64,000 nucleotides of DNA from Mytilus edulis (taxonomy: Eukaryota): assembly GCF_963676685.1 (NCBI RefSeq), contig NC_092349.1, positions 63,390,924 through 63,454,923 of the forward strand, given 5' to 3'. Below are positions 1-11,330 of this stretch, one piece after another. Position numbers and translations under genes: made by a program. A model generated the notes under the pieces. That model saw only the letters and a list, made by a program, of their open reading frames with translations, was not told where the DNA came from and did not search any database. The stretch's first letter is position 1; each line of letters opens with the position of its first letter.

Positions 1-86
1 TTCTCATCATTTCTTCATGATTAATTTGGAAGAATATAATTATATTTTATATATGACGATTTAATTAATGTAATTTTACTTTTCAG

Positions 87-152
87 AAACTGTATTGGGA
101 TGAATTTTGCACAGAATGAAGAAAAAGTGATGATTGCAAGAATAATCAAAAG
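87..152 (+). CDS. Cytochrome P450 (CYP4-like) penultimate coding exon (partial gene, 5' end outside window)
   Basis: Acceptor ttttcag at 81-86, donor ag|gtatga at 152/153. Translation ..NCIGMNFAQNEEKVMIARIIK(R) contains the P450 heme-binding Cys motif (R-N-C-I-G) and the following helix typical of the CYP4 family. Confidence 0.6.
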
Positions 153-525
153 GTATGATTAAATTGTATTTTAACAGTTAGGCAAATAAAAACCTACCAC
201 TTTCAAAATTCAAACTTAGTTAAAATAGTTAGAAAACTGTATTTAAAGTATTTTAATGTTTTTTGTTTGTTTGTTTCTGATATGGATAAGTGCTTAGTTA
301 TGCTTTGAGTCAAAATATAATAAATACAAATAATTCATCATAGATACAAGGATTAAAGTTTTGTACGCCAATTCAAGTAAGAAGTTGAAATAATTGATAG
401 GTTACATTAATTTGTACCTTTTTTACATTACATAAAGTTTAATTGCCCAAAATAACGGATTAAGATACATTCTGTAATGTGTAATTTTAGATCATGAATT
501 ATATAAGTATTTTTGTTTTTAACAG

Positions 526-631
526 ATTTGAAGTATCACTAGATCCATATCATGTTGTTGAACCTTTCATGGAGGTTGTTTTGAGAGCAAAAACTGGTAT
601 CATGGTGAACTTCAAAGAAAGAGACTTGTGA
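526..631 (+). CDS. Cytochrome P450 (CYP4-like) terminal coding exon incl. stop
   Basis: Acceptor tttttaacag|a at 516-525. Phase-1 continuation gives (R)FEVSLDPYHVVEPFMEVVLRAKTGIMVNFKERDL*, matching the CYP4 C-terminal pattern RFE..DP..P..E..L(R/K)..NGI.L.L..R. TGA at 629-631. Confidence 0.6.
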
Positions 632-919
632 AAGACTTTTCAAGATTTTTCTAAAACAGAATTTAGACAATTTCTTATGAATATTATCATTTTTTGAAGC
701 TATAGAATTACCAGGACTTGAACATATTAATGCAAGAATCACATTATCAAGGAGTAAAGAGAGATGTTTACCTAAAATTATTTCAAATAATGTTTTTAAA
801 AATCCATCAACAAGGGAGATAAGTCATGGAAAAAAGTGTTTTATAAATTAATATATAGATTTTAGAACAGAAGATACCATAAAAGAAGATTATTCATTCA
901 TTTTTAATGATATATACTA

Positions 920-1530
920 TTTTTATGCGACCGCAAAAATTGAAAATGTTTTGGTCGTATATTGGAATTCATCAAAAAATGAATCATTGGGGTTCTTTGA
1001 TATGCCGAATCTAACCTTGTATTTAGATTCTTAATATTTGGTCCTGTTTTCAAGTTGGTCTACATTAAGGTCCAAAGGGTCCAAAATTAATCTTAGTTTG
1101 ATTTTAACAAAAATCAAATTCTTTGGGTTCTTTGATATGCTGAAATTAAATATGTACTTAGATTTTTGATTATGGGCCCAGTTTTCAAGTTGGTCCGAAT
1201 CAGGGTCCCAAATTAAAATTTGTTAGATTTCAACAAAAATTGAATTCTTGGGATTCTTTGATATGTTGAATCTAACCATGTATTTAGATTTTTAATATTT
1301 GGGCCTGTTTATCAAATTGGTCCACATTGAGGTCTAAAGGGTCTAATATATAGGAAACGGATTAATATAAGCTAAGAGCTTGTTTCTGGATCCTATTAAT
1401 TATTTCACTTGTATTATTATGTAAATGCCTATGTATGTACCTGAATATAATTAATAAAATATGTTTACACTAAAGGGTCTAAAATTGAACATTATTTGAT
1501 TTCATAAAAAATTGAATTCTTGGGCCTTCT
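920..1530. repeat. Satellite family S1 (about 160-bp unit, core ttggaccctttggaccttaatgtagaccaatttgaaaacgggaccaaaa) block. Other blocks lie at about 23700-23990, 24725-24990, 34790-35060, 35640-36040, 40080-40520, 48385-48545, 49290-49850, 50290-50540, 50690-50935 and 52540-53200.
   Basis: Direct observation of tandem, diverged copies in both orientations across the window. Confidence 0.8.
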
Positions 1531-1559
1531 TTTACTTTAGGGGTCCCAACCCATATAGA

Positions 1560-1680
1560 GCTATACTAAACTATCCCTAACCCCAAACCTTACCCTAACT
1601 GATTCCTAAACCTAGCACTAGCTCTAACCCTAAAACCTAACCCTAACCTAAAACATCTAACCTAACTATAACCATGAAAG
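1560..1680. repeat. Degenerate interstitial telomeric repeat (CCCTAA/TTAGGG-like)
   Basis: ccctaaccccaaaccttaccctaac...ctaaccctaaaacctaaccctaacctaaaacatctaacctaac: imperfect (CCCTAA)n. Confidence 0.6.
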
Positions 1681-3924
1681 AAGTCAATCTCTAAAGTTTA
1701 AGGACCCTTAAAGTAAAATTTTTAAGTTTTTGGGTTAAGTTTAAGTTTCTCAGACCACATTCAATCTGTGTCAGAAACCTATGTTGTATCAACTATTTAA
1801 TCACAATCCAAATTCAGAGCTGTATCAAGCTTAAATGTTGTGTCCATACTTGCCCCAACTGTTCAGAGTTTGACCTCTGTGGTCGTATAAAGCTACGCCC
1901 TGCGGAGCATCTGGTTGTTTTTGTTGTGTGTATTCTCCAAGTTGTGTAGAAAGTTTCGAAATTGTTTTTATGATAGTTTGTTGCTTATCTGATGCATGGA
2001 TTATGCTGGTTATAATGTTTTACTCACATGCTACAATTAGAATGTGCTATATTGGGAAGGATTTTGCTTTGTGCATGGAATTTGTTTGGTATAACATTTA
2101 AGGAGTTTTTCTCCTGTTCAACAAACCTTAAAATTCTATGATTTTAACATAAATGTAAGTACATGTATCAACTCCAAATTTATGAAACATCAACTTATTT
2201 CATAAATATCTCAATTTATAGATATGTACAGCAGAATATATGAAAAATAATGGTTACTATATCCTGGGAACAGTATATATATGTTCCTGCTATATCTTTA
2301 TACCTTTCAACACTTAACATGTTTTATATTACAGCAATAATAATTAATGTTTTTATTTTTCAATGCAAGTTTCCTGATTATATTTTATGTCACAGTCAAT
2401 GCAAGTAATATTTATATCTTATCAACACTATTTGAATATTAAAATGTTTATTGTTTATATTCATGTACATTTATTTGTTTTTGAATGTTTTATTTTTATA
2501 ATTGTTACTGAGACTAGTTGTTGTGGTCTCAGTTTGGTGTAGTGTTTTATATATTATATATTGTCAGTATGTTTGTTAGATTCTTTGTTGATTTATACAT
2601 TCTGGTTAATGTTGTTGTGATACAGTCACATCGACCTAATTTAAAGTCGATTTATATTTTTTTAAGGACATTTTTTGTGAAGTTACAGAATATTACTCTT
2701 AAACTCTTTTTTATTATACATTGAATGTACAAAATATATGAATCTCAATATCATAGTTAAATAAAAAAGATCTGATAAACATACATGTGAAGTTCTTTTC
2801 ATATGAAAATGCAATGTCATTAAAAAGGATACTTTTTTTACATATTTATTTTATTTATTTAAGGAATGACTGTAATATTTTTTATATAGAATAGACTGAC
2901 AAAATATTACATTTATTTCTTAATATAATTTAATTCTAAATTTCATTTTAAACCGGTGTAAATCATGAAAAAAACGTTGATGACATCATGGTCACACGAC
3001 AAAATTGTGTCTATGATATGACAAACGTCAGCCAATCAGAAGACGTGTTACATCCAAAATTATTAGTTTATAATGGTCAGAGAAAACTACTATTGTCAAA
3101 ATTACTGAAATAATAAAATGCATGAAAATAATACAAGAGTAAAAATTCTTACTTAGTTGTGATTGTTTAAGTGATTTTATAAATTTTGTTGAATATTGTA
3201 ACATGATGTAAGTTTAAGAGAAAATAATAAAATTTGTAAAAAGTTATCATAAATTCTAAGCTAATATAATACCCTTAGATATCTAGTTTCTTGTGTCCAT
3301 GATCATCTAGGAATTTGATGAAAGTCAGATCTCTGGTTCTCCCTGTGCAACTTTTCACAGCTGCATGAATATATAGATATATGAAGATGTGGTATAAGTG
3401 CCAATGAGACGACTCTCTATCTAATTCACAATTTATAAAAGTAAACCATTATAGGTCAAAGTACAGTCTTCAACACAAAGCCTTTTCTAGCACTGAACAG
3501 TAAGCTATAAAGGGCCTCAAAATGACTAGTGTAAACCATTCAAACTGGAAAACCAACGGTCCAATCTTTATTAAAAAAAAGGAGAAACACTTACGGGGTA
3601 TGAACCTTATTAAACAAATGACAACTACTGACCATCAGATTCCTGATTGTTTACAAATTTTTGCCATTAAGTTTGTTCTAGTTTAATAGGTATGGTTTGC
3701 AATTCTATGTTTATTGCTTCTTTGTGTGTTATTCCTCTTCGAATACAGTGTAATAGAAATAATAGTATTGTCGATCTTTGAAGATTTATCTGGTACCAAC
3801 TTTACAATGTCAATAAGAAATATTAAGAATAAAGTAATGAAGAGGCAAAACCCCAGAAAATTTAGACCTAAGGGAAAGACTATCACTTTAATCTCAGTCC
3901 TTGACAATGGTTGTTAGTGTCAGA

Positions 3925-4215
3925 GGATAAAACTTTTAACCTTATCTGTAATGTTCATATTTTGAATTTTTATGCCCCATTTATGTTCATCTGTTTGTCT
4001 GTCCCGCTTCAGGTTAAAGTTTTTGGTCGAGGTAGTTTTTGATGAAGTTGAAGTCCAATCAACTTGAAACTTAGTACACATGTCCTTTATGATATGATCT
4101 TTATAATTTTAATGCCCAATTAGAGATTTTCCCCAATTTTCAGTCCACTGAACAAAGAAAATGATAGTGCGGATGGGGCATCCGTGTACTGGGGACACAT
4201 TTTTGTTTCCTGTGT
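3925..4215. repeat. About 290-bp repeat in inverted orientation with a copy at 6665-6955. The latter carries a (GAACGAAC)n microsatellite.
   Basis: gttcatctgtttgtctgtcccgcttcaggttaaagtttttggtcgaggtagtttttgatgaagttgaagtccaatcaacttgaaacttagtacac... is the reverse complement of 6780-6890. Confidence 0.7.
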
Positions 4216-5111
4216 TTTGATTCTTTCTTTGTACCTATTCTTTAATAGATCAAATGGATAAAAATCAGTTAAAATGTCAGGAAAAATGTTGTTTTTATGC
4301 TGTCTGTGCAGAGAATTTGGTTTGTAGCAAACAACAATTTTTGTTCTATGGAAAACAAGCTTATCACAGCACTTCAATAATTTATATATACACCAAAAAT
4401 CAAGACTAGCAAATCAAAACCAGCAGCCGTATTGTGTTTAGTATTAAACTAGTGGCTCTCAAGAGCCTGTGTTGCTCACCTGTGTTTACTGATGCTTTGT
4501 AAATCATGTGAAATTAAAACATAATTAATAGTATTAGATATTAGATATTATCAAATAATATCATGATATCTAAGATAATAACCAAAAACTGCAAAATTTC
4601 CTTAAAATAACATATTCAGGGACAGCAACCCAACAGCGGGATGTTGGATTTGTCTGAAAATTTGTGGGCAGATAGATCTTAATTTGATGAACATACTTAC
4701 CCCATGTCAGATTTGCTCTCTATGCTTTAGTTTCAGAGATTAAAGCCAAAAACTGCATTTTACCCTATGTTCTATTTTTGGCCATGTTGGCCATCTTGGT
4801 TGACAGGCAGGATCATCAGACACATTTTTTAAACTAGATACCCTAGTGATGATTGTGGCCAATATTGGTTAAATTTGGTCAAGGAGTGTCAGAGGAGAAG
4901 ATTTGTGTAAAATTTAACAGACGACAACGATTGACGACAGACACCAAGTGATTTGGGCCAGGTGAGCTAAAAATAAAAACTGACATTTGATCATTTTTTT
5001 TATATGAAAAACATAAACATTAACCAAAAATATCACAAAAGATCATTCAATCTAAGTCAAACTTAACATAGTTAAATTGCAACATATAAATTAAGTCATG
5101 TAGAGAAACTT

Positions 5112-5918
5112 TTAAAATCTTCGTTTTTTGCTTGATGTAAAGGTCATTCTATTACCACCAGGTGGTGCAGTTACTCTTTCTTCAAGTTCTGATACTTGCT
5201 CTCTCAATAGACGAACCTCTCTTTCATACTCGTTTTTCATGTGTTGTAATTTCATTCTGAATATTTCCTGATTTGTTGATGAACCATGTGCTGTTGTACT
5301 TGGTATTTTTTGCCGTAGTTTAGCCAATTTACTCTCATATTCCATTGACACTCTAACGATCTCAGCTTCAGATTCCCTATTTGATGCTTGTAATTTTTCT
5401 TTCAGTTCTTCTACTTCTAAATTCTTTTTTCTTAATGCAATTTCATGACTCTCTTTCTCATTTTCTAATAAAATTTTCATTGAATTTCTAACCTCTTCTT
5501 TCTGTTTTTCATTGTCAATTTCTATTTCTTCTAAAATTCTTGTATGTTGTCTTTCTTTTTCATTCATTTTTAAATTTGAATCTTCAATATCAGATTTTAG
5601 CATTTCTAAATTAGCTTTAATCTCCCTGTTTTCTTCCTCAACGTCACAAATCCTATGTAAACTTTTATGAGTAGAATCCAGAACAGTTTGCAAATGGTCA
5701 ATTTGATTCTCGAGCTCTTCATTTTTTGACGCAAGTTTTTGTTTATCATGAGAAAGTGCATTGACATCCTCCACTAGTTTTGATTTTTGCTTCATTAAAC
5801 TTTCAGTAAAATATTGCCAGTCATCAAAAGATTTCTGAAATTCATCTAAATCATTACTACTTGCAAGTTTTCTTTTCACTGGCCCTGTCCAAGGTTCAGC
5901 TGGTTGTATTTTTTCCAT
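5112..5918 (-). CDS. Single-exon ORF encoding a 268-aa coiled-coil protein (uncharacterised)
   Basis: ATG-to-stop ORF from the track. Heptad-rich, E/K/L/Q-rich sequence (EELENQIDHLQTVLDS..., LENEKESHEIALRKKNLEVEELKEKLQ). No recognisable catalytic motif. Could also be one exon of a larger gene. Confidence 0.4.
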   Translation of the reverse strand: MEKIQPAEPWTGPVKRKLASSNDLDEFQKSFDDWQYFTESLMKQKSKLVEDVNALSHDKQKLASKNEELENQIDHLQTVLDSTHKSLHRICDVEEENREIKANLEMLKSDIEDSNLKMNEKERQHTRILEEIEIDNEKQKEEVRNSMKILLENEKESHEIALRKKNLEVEELKEKLQASNRESEAEIVRVSMEYESKLAKLRQKIPSTTAHGSSTNQEIFRMKLQHMKNEYEREVRLLREQVSELEERVTAPPGGNRMTFTSSKKRRF

Positions 5919-6499
5919 TTTATCTGTAAAAAGAAAAATTAAATTGAAATTTTAATTGCCAGCTCATAAAAATGAAAGAATGAAGATACAATAGACATTC
6001 TAACCCATCAGTCATAGATATAAATAATTTACTGACAACACTATGGCAAAAAAGACCAAAAGACACAACATAGAAATGTTAAGACAGCAACACAAACCCC
6101 ACCAAACCATATAAACAATGTTTATGTTCATGTAAAACTGTTTTCCTCTAATCCTTATACAAATTATCCTTTTCCTGACATATTGATTATTTTTATTCAA
6201 TCAACGATTGATTTGTGTGATCTCAGGACCTGGTCAAAATTTGATTATGACTTCAAATTTGCTTACTTTTCTCTACTTGCTATTGAGACGTCATGACGTT
6301 AGGCGACCATGTCTAAATTAACTTCACATACAAAATGTAGAAAGAACATAATTTTTGCAGATCAATCAAAAAGAAGGACTGAGTTTGTCTAATGTCTGCA
6401 TATTGTTTAAAATTCATCAGAGAAACAGATTCCACCACCAAAACATTTGCAATACAATACTAATCAAATCTCAACAACAAATCTTAATATTTAAAAATG

Positions 6500-7590
6500 A
6501 GTCTAAACAACCTGTGTCGCTCACCTTAATCTTCAACTACAACTATGACCACTTTATAGTAAAAGTCATCATTAAAAGGCAATAATTCTATCAAGAATTG
6601 ACTAGCAATTACAGTCATGTTGACATATTTGAAGATCTTATTCACAAAATATTGGTAACAAGAATGTGTCCTCAGTACACGAATGCCCCACTCGCACTAT
6701 CATTTTCTATGTTCAGTGGACCGTGAAATTGGGGTAAAATCTCTAATTTGGAATTAAAATTAGAAAGATCATATCATAGGGAACAAGTGTACCAAGTTTG
6801 AAGTCGATTGGACTTCAACTTCATCAAAAACTACCTCGACCAAAAACTTTAACCTGAAGCGGGACAGACGGACGAACGAACGAACGAACGGACGCACAGA
6901 CCAGAAAACATAATGCCCCTCTACTATCGTAGGTGGGGCATAAAAATCATCATTAAAGGGCAATAACTCTAATGAGGAGTCAACAGAAGATTTCAGTTAC
7001 CTAACTTATTTGTAGATCTTGTTTTGCTTATCATTTTTGCTATTAAAAATTCTGTCATTTATTGCATTAGTTAGTCCCCTTTCATGACATTATTAACTAT
7101 TTATTTTCCAAGTTGCCCATTATTTGATAAATAGAAACTTTTAAATGAAAAAAATTATCAAGGAAATATCTGCAAGTAGGTCAGCAAAGAGCCTGTGTAG
7201 CTCACCTGTATAGATCTTCAACAATGACCACTTTATAGTAAAAGTCATCAATAAAGGGGAATAACTTTATTAAGAATTATTAAAAGTTCTAACAATTTCA
7301 GTCATATTATATATACCGGTATTTTAAGATCTCATCTGCAACATATTGGTAAAAAATTACATTTAAGGGCAATAACTCTAATGAGAAGTCAATAAATAGG
7401 CGATTTCAGAAGATATCTTCCACTTGACTTCTTTGCAGAACTTGTCTTGCTAAATACCATTTTTGCTATTTAAAGTTTCTTCCTTTTAAATGTATTGTAT
7501 GAGTAAGCGTCCCCGTACATGACATATAAATGCAAAAATGGTCAAGAAAATATCTGCAAATAGGTCAGCTTATATTTTTTATAGGTAAAT
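6500..7590. repeat. About 250-300-bp tandem repeat (about 3-4 units; motifs cctgtgt.gctcacc, gaccactttatagtaaaagtcatca.taaa.gg.aataa)
   Basis: Repeated motifs at about 6505, 6945, 7195 and 7355. Confidence 0.6.
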
Positions 7591-7859
7591 TTGTCCTAAA
7601 GGAGTGGTTGTCTTAAGGTAGCAAAGGTGTATCTTTCAATTGATTGTAAATACTGTAAAGTCAGAAATTATTGTGATGCTTTTACCATTGGGAAAATGAT
7701 ACAGGGTAATAATCGCAAAAATTTATACTCGAATTTTGAAATGTTTTATTTTTAAAAAGTAGACCTGATTTTTCTCAATATCACAAAAGTAAATTTGCCT
7801 TTTAATTCTAAAATGTCAGCGGGGCCGTCATCAGAAGACAGATGGTTTCCAAATAATAA

Positions 7860-8610
7860 CTTTAGAAATCAATAAAATTTTAACTTTATTATTATCACTA
7901 AAAGGAAGGTTGGGATTGATTTTGGGGGTTATGGTCCTAAAGGTTCAGGAATTAGGGGCCCAAAGGGACCCAAAACTAGCATTTATCTATTTTATTTATC
8001 TAGTTTCAGGACAATAAGTTGTGTATAAGTATTTCAATTGCTCTGATATTGTACCAGAATGTTAAATATCATAAGTAGAAGGTAGGGATTTATTTTAAGG
8101 GTTATGGGGCAAACAGTCTAGGAATTAAAGGTCAAAAACTTACAAAGGGGCAAAAAACAAGCATTTTTCTAGTTTCAGGACAATAACTTGTGTGAAACTG
8201 TATGGTTCTCTATTACATTGTACTACAAGGTTCCATATAACAAAGGGAAGGCTGAGATTGAATTTGGGGTTAATTTCCCCAAAAATGTAGGAATAAGGGG
8301 CCAAAAAAGCCCCAAAAAGAAGCATTTTTCTAGTTTACAGACAATAAATTTTATGTTTAGTGTATGGATATCTCTGAAATTATACTATAAGGTTTCTTAC
8401 TACAAAGGAAAGGCTGGAATTGCGTTTTGGATTCTTGCTCCAAGGGGGTTTCAATAAGTTGTGGACCAAAAAAGGGGTGCTTATAAGCATTTTTGTAGTT
8501 TCCAGTCAATAACTTGTGTTTAAGTTTACAAATCTCTCTGAAATTATACCACAAGTAATTATAGTTTCCATACCACAAAGGGATGGTTATGGGGGTTATG
8601 GCTCAAATCA
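7860..8610. repeat. Satellite family S2 (about 165-bp unit, core aaggttgggattgattttgggagttttggtcccaacagtttaggaattaggggccaaaaagggcccaaataagcatttttc) block. Other blocks lie at about 23280-23700, 30520-30780, 34380-34790, 35350-35640, 49850-50270, 50540-50650 and 50940-51200.
   Basis: Tandem diverged units. Often juxtaposed with S1 and with a hairpin+(GAC)n module (ttatacgaccgcaaaaattgaaa..ttttggtcgtata + gtcgtcgtc) at 905-965, 23160-23280, 30420-30520, 33360-33470, 35240-35345, 51200-51320 and 53195-53240. Confidence 0.8.
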
Positions 8611-9774
8611 TTTAGCAAATTTAGCATTTAGTTATATATATATATATATAAAATTGAGAATGGAAATGGGGAATGTGTCAAAGAGACAACAACCCGCCCA
8701 AATAAAAAACAACAGCAGAGGGTCACCAACAGGTCTTCAATGTAGCGAGAAATTCCAGCACCCGGAGGCGTCCTTCAGCTGGCCCCATAACAAATATATA
8801 CTAGTCCAGTGATAATGAACGCCATACTAATTTCCAAATTGTACGCAAGAAACTAAAATTAAAATAATACAAGACTAACAAAGGCCAGAGGCTCCTGACT
8901 TGGGACAGGCGCAAAAATGTGGCGGGGTTAAACATGTTTGTGAGATCTCAACCCTCCCCCTATACCTCTTACCAATGTAGTAAAGTAAACGCATAACAAT
9001 ACGCACATTAAAATTCAGTTCAAGAGAAATCCGAGTCTGATGTCAGAAGATGTAACCAAAGAAAATAAACAAAATGACAATAATACATAAATAACAACAG
9101 ACTACTAGCAGTTAACTGACATGCCAGCTCCAGACTTCAACTAAACTGACTGAAAGATTATGATTTCATCATATGAACATCAGGCACAATCCTTCCCGTT
9201 AGGGGTTTAGTATCATACCATCATAACATATATGAGAAGAACATAACCCATGTCATGCCAACAACTGTTTTTAGAATAAATGTGTTTAGTTCCGATGCAA
9301 AGACCTTATCAGTGACTCAATATTAACGCCAAAATATGCAATCTTTAATGACTTGACAACAGTATCGTAATTATATCCCTTCTTAATAAGTCTATTCAAA
9401 GGTTTTGTAAGTTTCTGAGGTGAATACTGACACCTTTGTGCTTTATAAAGAATATTACCATAAAAAATTGGATGTGAAATACCTGAACGTATAAGAAGTC
9501 TGCATGTTGAGCTATATTTACGAATGATGTCTTTATACCGATGATAAAATTTAGTAAATGTTTTGACTAGTTTGTGATATCGAAAACCCTGGTGTAATAA
9601 TTTTTCAGTAATACATAAATTTCTCTCGTTAAAATCTAAAACATTGTTACATACACGAGCGAATCGTACAAGTTATATATATATATATGTTTGATTACCT
9701 CCTTACACTGATTGAAAATTATGTATGAAGAAATGATGATTGTCTTGAGATTATTAGCTGTAGAAGTTACTTAA

Positions 9775-10090
9775 GGAATGATTGTAATATTTTTACTGTC
9801 TATGAAGAAATAACATAAAAAATTTGGTGCACACTGAATAACGGGTGTAGCGGGTTATTTAACAGTGAGCTCCAGATTTTTTATGTTATTTCAAATAGAC
9901 AGAAAAAATATTATAGTCATTTCTTATAATTTAATTCTAAATTCCATTTTAAACCGTAGAAAACCATGAAAAAACGTTGATGACATCACTGTCACATGAC
10001 TAAATTATGTCTATGGGCTCATAACTAAATTACGTCAGCCAATCAGAAGACGCGTTACATCCAAAATTAAATTATTTAAGGAAGTGTAAT
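9775..10090. mobile_element. Foldback-type element copy 1 (about 135-bp near-perfect hairpin 9775-9905 plus a 150-bp tail containing CCAAT/CRE-like motifs). Copy 2 is at 10550-10865. A related partial copy is at 2830-3065.
   Basis: tgactgtaatatttt..ctgtctatgaagaaataacataaaaaatttggtgcacactgaataacg | cgggttatttaacagtgtgcacca..attttttatgttatttc.aatagacagaaaaaatatta.agtca reads as its own reverse complement. The two copies are direct repeats flanking a 460-bp unique, GC/CpG-rich insert. Confidence 0.6.
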
Positions 10091-11169
10091 GGTGGTCACT
10101 TTGTTTACTTGACTATATTCTATTTATTTGGGGATATTGGTTAACTTTAGAATTACTTATAGTTCCGTAACTCTTTCTTCCGAGACCGGCCATGAAATTA
10201 TCCTTGTCGGGACTTCCTGTTCTGGCACGTGCCCGGCCGGGCTCGTTGTCCATAGGAACTATAAGAATGACGTCACTCACCGGGTTCTGGGCAGTCTACA
10301 TTAAGGATTTGAAATGAGCAGACGCTCATACCGTTTGGCTTTCAAATATGGAACTTTATAAGGACAAGTAGACTAGCCACCACCGTATTTTAGTATATTT
10401 ATTCATGTAATTGTATGTTCAACCATATATGTCTTTAAAATAAACATCTTGTTTATATTTACGTAGTTTTACGTACTTTGTCCAATATCCCAGAACTTGG
10501 GTAGACAACGGGAAAACGAAGCCAGTGGAAACTTCCACTCCCGTTACAGAATGACTGTAATATTTTTTCTGTCTATGAAGAAATAACATAAAAAATTTGG
10601 TGCACACTGAATAACGTGCGTAGCGGGTTATTTAACAGTGTGCACCACATTTTTTATGTTATTTCGAATAGACAGAAAAAATATTACAGTCATTTCTTAT
10701 AATTTAATTCTAAATTCCATTTTAAACCGTAGAAAACCATGAAAAAACGTTGATGACGTCACAGTCACATGACTAAATTATGTCTATGGGCTCATAACAA
10801 AATAACGTCAGCCAATCAGAAGACGCGTTACATCCAAAATTAAATTATTAATAATTAACATCAATTTTAACCATGACTGTATGACATTTGATATTTTAAT
10901 AGTTGATGATGTATTTAAATACATTAGAAATTTGAATTGAGATTATTTTTAGAATAGGGGAAAAGGGGGGGGGGGGTAGAATTTTTAGGGGATTTTAATA
11001 TTCAACAGCATAGTGAATTGCTAAAAAGCAAAAAAAAGGGGGGGTACAATTTTTAGGGGATTTTAATATTCAACAGCATAGTGAATTGCTAAAAAGCCCG
11101 GTTATTACCCATTTTTTATTCATGTTTTTGATAAAGCCAGGGTATAAAATCCTTTTTTGCAAATAATTA

Positions 11170-11330
11170 AAAAATTCTTAGTCCAAATAATTATGACGTC
11201 TTGAAAGGCTATTATAATTTTTTTCTTTGACGCCTTACATCGACGATGTAAGGCGTCAAAGTCGATGTAAGGCGTCAAAGAAAAAAAATATAATAGCCTT
11301 TCAAGACGTCATAATTATTTGGACTAAAAA
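11170..11330. repeat. Long perfect palindrome (about 65-bp arms, including a tandem copy of gatgtaaggcgtcaaag) preceded by an 80-bp tandem duplication with G-tracts (10940-11100)
   Basis: ttagtccaaataattatgacgtcttgaaaggctattataa...ctttgacgccttacatcgac | gatgtaaggcgtcaaag...ttatagcctttcaagacgtcataattatttggactaa. Confidence 0.7.
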
